Positions 10,188-19,485 of a stretch of 64,000 bases of DNA are shown here, piece by piece. Each line of letters begins with the position of its first letter. Position 1 is the stretch's first letter. This DNA comes from an uncultured delta proteobacterium (GTDB taxonomy: Bacteria; Desulfobacterota; Desulfobacteria; Desulfobacterales; UBA2156). A program made the position numbers and the translations under genes. Under the pieces are notes generated by a model that saw only the letters and a program-made list of their open reading frames with translations, was not told where the DNA came from and made no database searches. Location of the stretch: positions 256,001 to 320,000 of the forward strand of contig CAVTQK010000015.1 of the NCBI GenBank assembly GCA_963736855.1. The letters are read 5' to 3'.

Positions 10188-11951
10188 ATGTTTAAAAACC
10201 TCCGGTTGAAGCTTGCAATTTTCCTCCTCCTCCCCACCGCCCTTATTCTTGCGGGAGTTGGATTTGCCGGATTTATCTTTGCCAGGGATGCCATCCTGGA
10301 AGAATGGAGGCAGGTGTCCATTCTCAAGCTTCAGCGCGCCGCGCACCAGATCGACATGCGGTTGACCGCACCTATCGTTCTCATCGAGATGTTTTTCTCG
10401 ACCGGGAATGTCCGAGACAGCCAAGCCTTGCAGGAGCGGATTCTCGAGCAGCTCAAGAGGGCGGAAGGTGTGAAAAATGTTCGGCTCGAATTTATCAATG
10501 ATGAGTTTGATCAATCCCCCGACCCAATGAAAGGAATGGGACCGACTTACCGGATAAGTGGGGGGCGGATAATGCGCTTTCATCAAGCCAGGTTTATGGA
10601 AGTGACGCCTCCACGCTATGATGTGAATGCCGGATACGAGACGGTTTCCATGATTTCCAGCTTCAAGGATGAAACGGGCCGTGAGGTCGGAAAGCTGGAT
10701 GTCGAAATCCGGTTCGATCATCTCCTCAAAGATATTGAGATGCTGGGATGGCGGCAAAGCGATATCTCCGGTCTGGTGGACGATTCAGGGAAATACCTGG
10801 CCCACACCCAAGCGGCTCAGGCGGAGGGGCACACCCGACTGGGCGAAAACGGGGAGTGGATTGAAGTTGCGATCCTTTCATCCCTGAAAGAAAAGCCTTA
10901 TGGAACGATTCTGGGGAAGGGGCATCCCCCCCACCGGGTGGGCGGTTTTTATCGACTGAGCAGGGCTCCTTGGACATTGGTGCTTCTGGCGCCTGGAGAG
11001 ACGGTTTTGGAACCCGTCCTGCGGTTTCGCTTTTATTTTACACTGGCGGGATTCTTTACCATCACCGCTATTCTGGTCCTGATCCAATGGGTCGGCGGAA
11101 AGCTGGTTCGATCCATCAAAGAAATCGCCGAGGCAGCGGAAGCGGTTGCCAACGGAACCTACGGGCCGCCCTTGGATGTCAGGGGAAATGATGAAATCGG
11201 CCTGTTGCGGGAACAGTTCAACTCAATGGTCGTCGGGTTGAAGGAAAGGGACTTTATCCGCAACACCTTCGGCAGGTATGTGGACCCGGAAATTGCCCGG
11301 GAACTCCTGAGCCGGCCCGAGGCGATCCGTTTGGGCGGTGAAAAACGGGAGGTGGCGGTCTTAATCTCGGATATTCGGGGATTCACACTCCAGATGGAAC
11401 CTCTCGATCCGGAATCGGTCATCCAGGTTTTGAATGTCTATTATGCCCATATGATCGAAACGATCCAGGCACATCATGGCATCATCGTCGATTTTTTCGG
11501 TGATGGCGTTCTAGTCTTTTTCGACCCTCTGGAAAAGCCCGTGACACCCATCCTGCACAGGGCGATTTGCTGCGCTCTCAAGATGCAGGACGCCATGATC
11601 CCTTTCAACCGGGATATGATGTCTCGGGGGCTGCCGGAATTGAAAATGGGTATCGGCATCAATGTGGGGGAAGTGGTTGTGGGCAATGTCGGTTCCGAAA
11701 CCCGAGCCAAATACGGGATCGTTGGGACTGCGGTAAATATCACCCAGCGTATCCAGATGGAGGCCGAAGGTGATCAGATCCTTCTTTCGGGATCGGCTTA
11801 TGCACGCCTCGGGGACAGGGTAAGAGTAAGCGGTTCTTTGAAGCGGTCGCTGAAAGGAATACAAGGAGACGTTGAACTATATGTCCTTCAAAGCGCTGTC
11901 GATTGCGGAGACTTTGTCGAAATAAACCCCGTAAAAAAAGGCATTTTGTGA
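10188..11951 (+). CDS. Membrane-bound class III adenylate/guanylate cyclase with extracytoplasmic sensor and HAMP domains
   Basis: Two TMs, HAMP (DEIGLL..FNSM), FGRYVDP, SDIRGFT, DFFGDG, GIGINVGEVVVGNVGS, YGIVGTAVN; start placed at ATG 10188. Confidence 0.92.
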   Translation: MFKNLRLKLAIFLLLPTALILAGVGFAGFIFARDAILEEWRQVSILKLQRAAHQIDMRLTAPIVLIEMFFSTGNVRDSQALQERILEQLKRAEGVKNVRLEFINDEFDQSPDPMKGMGPTYRISGGRIMRFHQARFMEVTPPRYDVNAGYETVSMISSFKDETGREVGKLDVEIRFDHLLKDIEMLGWRQSDISGLVDDSGKYLAHTQAAQAEGHTRLGENGEWIEVAILSSLKEKPYGTILGKGHPPHRVGGFYRLSRAPWTLVLLAPGETVLEPVLRFRFYFTLAGFFTITAILVLIQWVGGKLVRSIKEIAEAAEAVANGTYGPPLDVRGNDEIGLLREQFNSMVVGLKERDFIRNTFGRYVDPEIARELLSRPEAIRLGGEKREVAVLISDIRGFTLQMEPLDPESVIQVLNVYYAHMIETIQAHHGIIVDFFGDGVLVFFDPLEKPVTPILHRAICCALKMQDAMIPFNRDMMSRGLPELKMGIGINVGEVVVGNVGSETRAKYGIVGTAVNITQRIQMEAEGDQILLSGSAYARLGDRVRVSGSLKRSLKGIQGDVELYVLQSAVDCGDFVEINPVKKGIL

Positions 11952-11967
11952 AACAACAAAGGCATCC

Positions 11968-12093
11968 ATGGCTGATGTGATCAAAAGATTCACCGCTGCC
12001 GGATTCACCAGGGTGCGCTTTTCCGAAAGGCGAGGTTGAGGACCGCGAGCTCTGGGTGTCTGGGAATTTTCGATAAGAGCGAACAGTGAATAG
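11968..12093 (+). CDS. Candidate 41-aa selenoprotein (in-frame TGA at 12037-12039)
   Basis: AAAGG RBS, ATG 11968, MADVIKRFTAAGFTRVRFSERRG-U-GPRALGVWEFSIRANSE, TAG-TGA stops; hairpin GCTCT...AGAGC at 12049-12080. Confidence 0.5.
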
Positions 12094-12146
12094 TGAAGTG
12101 CAATTCGAAATCCTGGAAATTTTAAATCAGTTGAGTTATTCTGGGA

Positions 12147-12558
12147 AAGAAAGCCCTTGAAAAGGTGAAAAAAGGTGAGATGATCCAGATGTTCATCCTG
12201 AGAAGAAATATGGGATTTATCATCATCAAGATGACCAAATAGATTCGAATGTTATATTCAATCATCATAGCAAGTGACGGGTGACGAGTAACGCGTCGAT
12301 TGACAATAGGCCGCAGGCAATGGGCGATGGGTGACCGGCGATGGGTTTTTAGCCCAAGCCGAGATCCTGCCGCCCATTGCTTTTTTATATCAAAACGATT
12401 CGATGAACCAGGTCGATCCCAATAAAAACAGGGTATGTTTTAAAGCTTCAGGAGATCGCACGGTAACTTCTGGGTCGGCCCAGGGCGATTCGATTGGGCG
12501 GTGAAAAACGGGAAGTGGAGATATTGATCTCGGATATCCGGGATTCACTATCCAGATG
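12147..12558 (+). pseudogene. Degenerate duplicated relic: 3' end of degP, its downstream intergenic region, and an internal cyclase fragment
   Basis: 12147-12242 nearly identical to 9910-10005; similarity continues to about 12420 versus 10006-10172; about 12453-12558 matches cyclase about 11290-11396. Confidence 0.85.
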
Positions 12559-12769
12559 AAGACAAAAGAGTGCCCTTTCGTTCCTTGGTGGGCACCCAAG
12601 AAAGTGCGACACCGCCGATTTCGAATTCGGAGTTGAAAAGCCGATTGAAATTCTGGATTTTTCGAATCGTTTGAGTTATTCTTATCATTACTGGGCGTTT
12701 CTGAATGCCGGGAAATACAGATCTTCGAGCCGGTAGAACAGCGCTAGGGGAAAGCATCGCATTACGGAA

Positions 12770-14272
12770 ATGATGAATTCCGACCCCAATAATCCCATCC
12801 AAAACTGCCAAGAGACTTGTCCTGTGGGGAACAGACTCAAGGCCCAGGAAACCCTTGTTCATCGGTTGGATTCAATTATCGAGTCATCTTTTGACGGTCT
12901 GTGGATCTGCGACCCATATGGAAAAGTCCTTCGAATCAACAAAGCTTCTGAACGTATCAACGGTGTGACACAGGAACAGGTCGTCGGCAAGGAAATGAAA
13001 GATCTCATTGCCGCAGGCCTGATCGACCGATCCGTGACGCTGGAAGTACTCGAAAAACGCACTACCGTCACCGTCATCCAAAATCTGAGAAATAAGAAAC
13101 AGATACTGGTCACAGGGAATCCCGTGTTCAACCGGGAAGGAGAAATTGAACTGGTGGTGGTGAATGAATGGGACATCACAAACCTCAACGACCTTTGGAA
13201 TGCATTGCAGGAAAGCCGGGCTCTGGCATCCAAATATCGTGATGAATTGTCTCTGCGTCATTCCCAGGATGCTCTTTTAGAGGAAGCGGTAATCCGCAGT
13301 GAAGTCATGGTTCGAGTTTTCAAGACAGCGTTGAAGGTCGCTCAGGTGGATACCACGATTCTCCTGCAAGGAGAGTCAGGAGTGGGAAAAGGCTTCATGG
13401 CAAAGCTCATCCACCGTGCCTCTCATCGGAAGGACGGTCCATTTATCCGGGTGGATTGTGGGGCCATTCCCGAATCTTTGATTGAGTCGGAGCTTTTTGG
13501 TTATGAAAAAGGGGCCTTTACCGGAGCACGGCCTGAGGGAAAACCGGGACATTTTGAGTTGGCTCGCGGGGGAACCCTTTTCCTTGATGAAATAGGAGAC
13601 TTGCCGGCAAATATCCAGATAAAACTCCTAAGATTTCTTGAAGAAAATGAGGTCGTCCGCATCGGGGGAGCCACGCCCCATAAAATTGACACCAGGGTAG
13701 TGGCCGCCACCCATCAGGACCTTGGTCAAATGATGGAGCAAGGATCGTTCAGAAAGGACCTGTTCTTTCGAGTCAACGTGATTCCCATTTCCATCCCTCC
13801 GCTCAGGGAAAGAAGAGAGGATATATCCGCATTTATTTCATTTTTTCTAAACCGCTATGCGGCCAAATACGAAACAGATGTAAAAATCCTGCCCAAGACC
13901 TTGGATTGCCTTTGTAGGTATTCGTATCCGGGCAACATCCGGGAGCTTTCCAATCTTGTGGAAAGGTTGGTAGTTCTCAGTCATAACCAGAAAATCGATG
14001 TTGAAGACCTTCCCACCCATGTCCGTCTTAGCACAGACCTGGATTCCCTGTTTTTCCTGCCTGATGATCTTGATCTCAATCGTGCGATTGAAAATCTGGA
14101 ACGAAGGATGATTGTGCATGCCCTGAAGGAATGTGGGTCCCAAAGAAAGGCGGCAAAAATATTAGGGATCCATCAATCCTCTCTTGCACGGAAGGTGAAG
14201 CGATTCGGACTCAATAATGATTCAATTATGCATCATGATGTGAAAACGCATCAAAAATCTATTTCCAGTTGA
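12770..14272 (+). CDS. PAS-domain sigma-54-dependent transcriptional activator (TyrR/RocR/GabR-like)
   Basis: [40 protein letters not shown]-terminal HTH SQRKAAKILGIHQS. Confidence 0.92.
   Translation: MMNSDPNNPIQNCQETCPVGNRLKAQETLVHRLDSIIESSFDGLWICDPYGKVLRINKASERINGVTQEQVVGKEMKDLIAAGLIDRSVTLEVLEKRTTVTVIQNLRNKKQILVTGNPVFNREGEIELVVVNEWDITNLNDLWNALQESRALASKYRDELSLRHSQDALLEEAVIRSEVMVRVFKTALKVAQVDTTILLQGESGVGKGFMAKLIHRASHRKDGPFIRVDCGAIPESLIESELFGYEKGAFTGARPEGKPGHFELARGGTLFLDEIGDLPANIQIKLLRFLEENEVVRIGGATPHKIDTRVVAATHQDLGQMMEQGSFRKDLFFRVNVIPISIPPLRERREDISAFISFFLNRYAAKYETDVKILPKTLDCLCRYSYPGNIRELSNLVERLVVLSHNQKIDVEDLPTHVRLSTDLDSLFFLPDDLDLNRAIENLERRMIVHALKECGSQRKAAKILGIHQSSLARKVKRFGLNNDSIMHHDVKTHQKSISS
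14218..14253. promoter_or_regulatory. Tandem imperfect palindromes, candidate binding sites for the adjacent activator
   Basis: TGATTCAATTATGCATCA directly followed by TGATGTGAAAACGCATCA (TGATGC-N6-GCATCA-like). Confidence 0.55.
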
Positions 14273-14327
14273 AATGCATTATCCTTTAAAGACAACATGT
14301 TAACTGCATAGGGAGAATACCACTATC

Positions 14328-14344
14328 TTGGCATATAGGTTGCT
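14328..14344 (+). promoter_or_regulatory. Sigma-54 promoter of the ABC-gabT-AOR operon
   Basis: TTGGCATATAGGTTGCT = GG-N10-GC. Confidence 0.8.
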
Positions 14345-14458
14345 TGGCTCTCAAGTTGAAGGTTTTATTTTTCGCCTATCAAAGGTGCGAGAGAAGGTTC
14401 AAATAAGTTTTCAACACCCACAGTGACCCAATACAAACACCATAAAAAGGAGGATCCT

Positions 14459-15691
14459 ATGAAAGTCAATGGCAAACTGGTTTTAACAGTCGTCGGCGCA
14501 ATCTTTATCCTGTGCGCGTCCCATGCTGCTATGGCCCAGACGACGGTCAAGGTCGGCAATATCCTGCCGCTTTCAGGCCCGTCTGCATCGGTCGGGCTTC
14601 AGAACAAGCAGGCGCAGGACATGGCCATCGAGGAGATCAACGCAGCAGGTGGCATCAAGTCGCTGGGAGGTGCAAAAATCCAGTTGATTTATGCCGATTC
14701 TGAATCCAAACCGGAGAAAGGCGTGGCCGAGGCCGAGCGTTTCATCAATACCGAAAAAGTGAACGTTCTCACTGGCTGCTGGAATTCGGCAGTCTCCTAT
14801 CCGGTGTCGGCTGTTGCGGAACGCTACGGCATCCCCTTTATCGTACCGGTGTCGGTGGCCGACAAGATCACCGAGCAGGGCTTTAAGAACGTATTCCGGA
14901 TCGCCGCCAAGGACAGCTGGTGGACCCGGGACCAGTTCACTTTCCTGAAGGATATGGAGAAGGAATTCAATACCAAAGTCTCCACCCTTGCCTTGGTTTA
15001 CGAGAACGGCGATTGGGGCAAGGGATTTGCCGAGGGTTGGAAAAAGTTGGCGCAGCAGGGGGGCTTCAAGGTGGTCATGGATGAACCCTACCCGTCCACT
15101 TCGACCGACCTGAGCCCGGTGGTCCAGAAGATCAAACGCGCCAAGCCGGACGTTCTCTTCCTGACTTCCAATGCAGCGGATGCCATTCTGCTTACCAACA
15201 CCATGGCCGAATACAAGGTCAAGCCCAAGGCCATTATCGCCAGCGGCGGCGGCCATGCCGACCCGTCCTTCTTGAAAGCTGCGGGTAAAAACGCCAGGTA
15301 TCTTTTCGACATCGTCGAGTGGGAAACCGACGTCAATAAACCGGGCGCCAAGGAAACCAACGAGAAGTTCAAGAAGCTCTACGGCTACAACCTGGCCGGT
15401 GAATCTGTAGACGCTTACGTTGCCATGTATGTTATGGCTGATGCCCTGGAACGTGCCAAGTCCACCGATCCGAAGGCCCTCCGGGATGCGCTGACCAAGA
15501 CCAAACTTGCCAGCGGGCCGGCCATGATCGTGGGATACGATGCCATCGAGTTCGATGCGACGGGCCAGAACAAGCATGCCGCCCTGGTGATGGTTCAAAT
15601 CAACGACATCGGAAAAGGCATGGAACGAATCACGGTGTGGCCAAAGGTGTCACGACGGGCCGGTTATAAGCCGGTGTTTCCCGCTCAATAG
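14459..15691 (+). CDS. Liv/HAAT-family ABC transporter substrate-binding protein
   Basis: AAGGAGG RBS, signal peptide, PLSGPSA, EEINAAGGIKSLGGAKI. Confidence 0.92.
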   Translation: MKVNGKLVLTVVGAIFILCASHAAMAQTTVKVGNILPLSGPSASVGLQNKQAQDMAIEEINAAGGIKSLGGAKIQLIYADSESKPEKGVAEAERFINTEKVNVLTGCWNSAVSYPVSAVAERYGIPFIVPVSVADKITEQGFKNVFRIAAKDSWWTRDQFTFLKDMEKEFNTKVSTLALVYENGDWGKGFAEGWKKLAQQGGFKVVMDEPYPSTSTDLSPVVQKIKRAKPDVLFLTSNAADAILLTNTMAEYKVKPKAIIASGGGHADPSFLKAAGKNARYLFDIVEWETDVNKPGAKETNEKFKKLYGYNLAGESVDAYVAMYVMADALERAKSTDPKALRDALTKTKLASGPAMIVGYDAIEFDATGQNKHAALVMVQINDIGKGMERITVWPKVSRRAGYKPVFPAQ

Positions 15692-15693
15692 CG

Positions 15694-15820
15694 GGCGTCT
15701 TTGGAATAGGCCCTGTTTCTACGTTGCGGTACGTGTCGCAGTGGCTGCGGCGTGCTTGAAATGCGCCTTGCCATTGCGACACTCGCGCGCTTTGAATTTG
15801 AGGCCTATGACAAAACCGCC
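15694..15820. repeat. 127-bp structured intergenic element with terminal inverted repeats (MITE/REP-like)
   Basis: Ends GGCGTCTTTGGAATAGGCC / GGCCTATGACAAAACCGCC (15/19 inverted); internal hairpin TGTCGCAGTGGC...GCCATTGCGACA; layout shared with 31522-31647. Confidence 0.6.
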
Positions 15821-15983
15821 ACGTACTGCCGACAGTTTTAAATTGGGTTGTTGGAGCGATATGTAGCCGCGAATCTTTCACGTTTTCCACTGGAGGGTCA
15901 TAATCACCCCATGGCTGGAGGCCGGCCGCTCTGAAGACCCTGCGGATTAGGAGTCAGAAAGTCTCCGGCTACAGGAGGCTCTT

Positions 15984-16871
15984 ATGCTGTTCGTCCTCGA
16001 AGATGCCATCAACGGCATTCTTATGGGATCCATTTACGGCCTGGCCGCTTTGGGCCTGACGGTGATTTTCGGTGTACTCAAGGTCATCAATTTTGCACAT
16101 GGTTCCATGCTTATGGTGGGCATGTATGTGGCCTATTGGACCGTGACCCTTGCCGGGGTCCACCCGTATCTCGCGCTGGTAGCCGTCGTGCCGGTCATGT
16201 TTCTCTTCGGTTATTTTCTTCAGGACATTATCATCCAACCTATTTTTAAAGCCGAGAAACAAATCCGCGAGCCGATCACCGTCATAATCGTCACGACGGG
16301 GGTTTGGTATATTCTGGACAATCTCTCCCTGCTTGTCTTTGGTCCCCAGTACCGCAACATCCAGAACAACCCCCTGCAGGGAAAGATGCTGGAGTTCGGG
16401 GAGATGTTCATCTCGGTGCCCAAATTGTGGGGATTTTGCACCGCCATTGTGACCGCCCTGGTGGTTTATGGATTTCTACAGAAAACCCGCATGGGTCGGG
16501 CGATCCGGGCGACCAGCCTCGACCGGGAAGCGGCCAGTTTGCAGGGTATTGACCAGTATAAAATGTACAATATTGCCTTCGGCATCGGCACGGCCGTGGC
16601 CGGAATCGCGGGCGCGACGATGGTTCCATTCTACAACGTTTTTCCGACCGTAGGCGTTCTGTTCGATATCAAGTGCTTCATCATCGTCGTTCTGGGGGGC
16701 CTTGGAAGTATCGGCGGGGCGCTTTTGGGAGGGATGATTATCGGGATCATCGAATCGGTCGGTCCGCAGTTCATGACGGCAACCTGGACTGAGGCCATTG
16801 TCTATGGGCTTTTTCTGATATTTCTCTTCTTCAAACCCTCGGGCCTCTTTGGAGTTCGATACGACTGGTAA
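15984..16871 (+). CDS. ABC permease, LivH-like
   Basis: GLTVIFGVLKVINFAHG, GRAIRATS, VVLGGLGS. Confidence 0.93.
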   Translation: MLFVLEDAINGILMGSIYGLAALGLTVIFGVLKVINFAHGSMLMVGMYVAYWTVTLAGVHPYLALVAVVPVMFLFGYFLQDIIIQPIFKAEKQIREPITVIIVTTGVWYILDNLSLLVFGPQYRNIQNNPLQGKMLEFGEMFISVPKLWGFCTAIVTALVVYGFLQKTRMGRAIRATSLDREAASLQGIDQYKMYNIAFGIGTAVAGIAGATMVPFYNVFPTVGVLFDIKCFIIVVLGGLGSIGGALLGGMIIGIIESVGPQFMTATWTEAIVYGLFLIFLFFKPSGLFGVRYDW

Positions 16872-16947
16872 TGAATTCGCATACGCCGCCCTCATCCTTT
16901 GAAAAGCAGACGACAGGTCTGGTCGTTAAACCTTCACAAGGGATTTT

Positions 16948-17955
16948 ATGAGCCCGTCATTGTACCGTAGACTGATGTTGATTGTGGTTGTCTCGATCGC
17001 CCTGGGGCTGCCGCTGGTGGTGCGGAGTGCAACCTACCTGCATATCGTGATTCTGCTTTATCTCTATGCGTATCTGACCACCAGTTGGAACCTGGTTGGT
17101 GGGTTCGCCGGTGTGCTGCCCCTGGGGCATGCCACCTTTGTCGGCATCGGCGCATACACGTCCACCGTCCTATCGCTCCAATACGGAATCAGCCCGTGGG
17201 TCGGTATGTTGATCGGAGCCGTGCTGGCATCCGTTGTCGGTGTGATCATCGGGCTGCCCACATTCAAGATGCGCGGGGCTTATTTTGCTCTGGCGACCAT
17301 CGCCTTTGCCGAAGGCATCCGGGTGATGGTGGAGAACATCGATTACCTGGGTCCATTTCAACTGAACGGCCCACGGGGGCTTCAGATACCGCCGTTGAAC
17401 ACCGGGCTTGCCAACTTCATGTTCGCCGACAAGGAGCCTTATTACTACATCATTCTCATCATGCTGATAGGAGTACTGGCATTCACCTGGATGATCTCGC
17501 GCTCCAAACTGGGTTATTACCTCATGGCGGGAGGCGAGGAGCCGGAAGCAGCCCAGGCGTTAGGGGTGAACGTGGCCCGAGCTAAACTCACCGCCATGGC
17601 CATGAGCTCCTTTCTGACCGCTTTCGCCGGAACGTTCTGGGCGCAGTTCACGCTGTACATCCACCCCAAGAGCGTCATGAGCCTGGATATATCTTTTGAG
17701 ATCGCCTTCATCGCTCTGATCGGAGGCCGGGGATCAATTGCCGGGCCAGTGCTCGGGGCTTTGTTGCTGAGGCCGGTGAGTGATTTCTCCCGCATTTATT
17801 TCGGCAGCACGCTTCCGGGACTACACCTCATTATTTTCGGAATCGTGTTGATCCTCGTCATGCTTTTTCAGCCGCGAGGTTTACAGGAGCCGTTGACCCG
17901 CATCTACCGGCGAGTGATGGAGCATTTCGTCGGCGACAGGAAGGCGGCACCATGA
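16948..17955 (+). CDS. ABC permease, LivM-like
   Basis: WNLVGGFAG..LGH, RGAYFALATIAFAE, IGGRGSIAGP. Confidence 0.93.
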   Translation: MSPSLYRRLMLIVVVSIALGLPLVVRSATYLHIVILLYLYAYLTTSWNLVGGFAGVLPLGHATFVGIGAYTSTVLSLQYGISPWVGMLIGAVLASVVGVIIGLPTFKMRGAYFALATIAFAEGIRVMVENIDYLGPFQLNGPRGLQIPPLNTGLANFMFADKEPYYYIILIMLIGVLAFTWMISRSKLGYYLMAGGEEPEAAQALGVNVARAKLTAMAMSSFLTAFAGTFWAQFTLYIHPKSVMSLDISFEIAFIALIGGRGSIAGPVLGALLLRPVSDFSRIYFGSTLPGLHLIIFGIVLILVMLFQPRGLQEPLTRIYRRVMEHFVGDRKAAP

Positions 17956-18677
17956 AAATTCTCGAATTGAAGAGCATCAAAAAATTCTTTGGCGGCATCA
18001 AGGCCGTGGAGGACTTCAGTCTCGAGGTGAAAGAGGGTGAGATCGTCGGCCTGATCGGCCCCAACGGCGCCGGCAAATCCACGCTTTTCAACTGTGTGGC
18101 CGGCGTCTTCCCACCGACCGCCGGCGAGATCCTTTTTCGGGGGGAGAAGATCAACGGCCAAAAACCCTGGGACCTGTGCCGCAAGGGGATTGCGCGCACG
18201 TTTCAGATCGTCAAGCCGTTTGCCACAAAGACCGTTCTCTACAACGTGATGGTGGGCGCTTTTGCCACTACTGACAAGACCATCGAAGCCGAGAAGCGTG
18301 CTCTGGAAGTGCTTCGGTATCTTCGCATGGAGGACCAAAAGGATGCACGCGCCGGCAACCTTACCATCGCCGACCGCAAGCGACTGGAGATTGCCAGGGC
18401 CCTGGCGACCCGTCCCAAGCTTCTCCTTCTGGACGAGGTAATGGCGGGTCTCCGGCCCACCGAGGTGGATGAGATGGTGGCCATCATCAAGCGTCTGCGG
18501 GAAGGCGGGATGACGGTTTTCGTGATAGAGCACATCATGCGCGCGATCATGGCGCTGTCCGACCGTATCGCCGTGCTGCATTTCGGCACCAAAATCGCCG
18601 AAGGATCCCCGCAGAACATCGCCCACGATGAGCGGGTGATCAAAGCCTACCTTGGAGAGGATTATGGCGCTGCTTGA
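17952..18677 (+). CDS. ABC ATPase, LivG-like
   Basis: GPNGAGKS, GIARTFQ, LLLDE, VIKAYLG. Confidence 0.95.
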   Translation: MKILELKSIKKFFGGIKAVEDFSLEVKEGEIVGLIGPNGAGKSTLFNCVAGVFPPTAGEILFRGEKINGQKPWDLCRKGIARTFQIVKPFATKTVLYNVMVGAFATTDKTIEAEKRALEVLRYLRMEDQKDARAGNLTIADRKRLEIARALATRPKLLLLDEVMAGLRPTEVDEMVAIIKRLREGGMTVFVIEHIMRAIMALSDRIAVLHFGTKIAEGSPQNIAHDERVIKAYLGEDYGAA

Positions 18678-19374
18678 AGTAAAGAATATTAATGTGTTTT
18701 ACGGCGACGTGCAGGTCCTCTTCGATTTATCCCTGGTAGTAGAAGAAGGGGAGGTGGTCAGCATCATAGGCGGAAACGGTGCCGGCAAATCCACCCTTCT
18801 TAAAACGGTTTCAGGTCTGATGAACCCGGACAAGGGAGAGATCGTCTTCGAAGGAAAACCCATCCACAAGCTTCCACCCGAGGCCATCGTGGAGCGCGGC
18901 ATCGTGCAGGTGCCCGAGGGGCGACGGCTGTTCACACTCATGTCCGTCCAGGACAACCTTATCGTGGGTGCCTACAATCCCCGTGCCGATGCGCTCAGAC
19001 AAAAAACCTTACAGGAGGTCTATAAACTGTTTCCCCGTCTGAGTGAAAGGCTGGCGCAGATGGCCATGACGCTTTCCGGTGGCGAGCAGCAGATGGTGGC
19101 CATCGGCCGAGGTCTCATGGCAAAACCCAAGCTCCTCATGCTCGATGAGCCGTCCCTGGGGCTGGCGCCTATTCTGATCAAGGATATTTTCGAAACCTTG
19201 CGAAAGATAGCCGACCAGGGCACCACCGTGCTGCTGGTGGAACAGGACGTGAAGCATTCCCTGAGCCTGAGCAACCGGGGCTATGTGCTCGAGCATGGCC
19301 GGACGGTAATGGAAGGTTCGGCTCGGGAGCTTCTCGAGAACCCGCACATCAAGACGGCATATTTGGGTCTGTAA
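18664..19374 (+). CDS. ABC ATPase, LivF-like
   Basis: GGNGAGKS, VPEGRRLF, LSGGEQQM, LDEPSLGLAP. Confidence 0.95.
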   Translation: MALLEVKNINVFYGDVQVLFDLSLVVEEGEVVSIIGGNGAGKSTLLKTVSGLMNPDKGEIVFEGKPIHKLPPEAIVERGIVQVPEGRRLFTLMSVQDNLIVGAYNPRADALRQKTLQEVYKLFPRLSERLAQMAMTLSGGEQQMVAIGRGLMAKPKLLMLDEPSLGLAPILIKDIFETLRKIADQGTTVLLVEQDVKHSLSLSNRGYVLEHGRTVMEGSARELLENPHIKTAYLGL

Positions 19375-19485
19375 TGTTTGGGAAGAGGCGTCAGGAGGTC
19401 GACGGATCAGAAGTTCAAAAGAAAAAGGTGTTATTGTCGGATGTCGCTTAACTGTGGAACCCGTGATTGGTAGAGGAGTATATCC

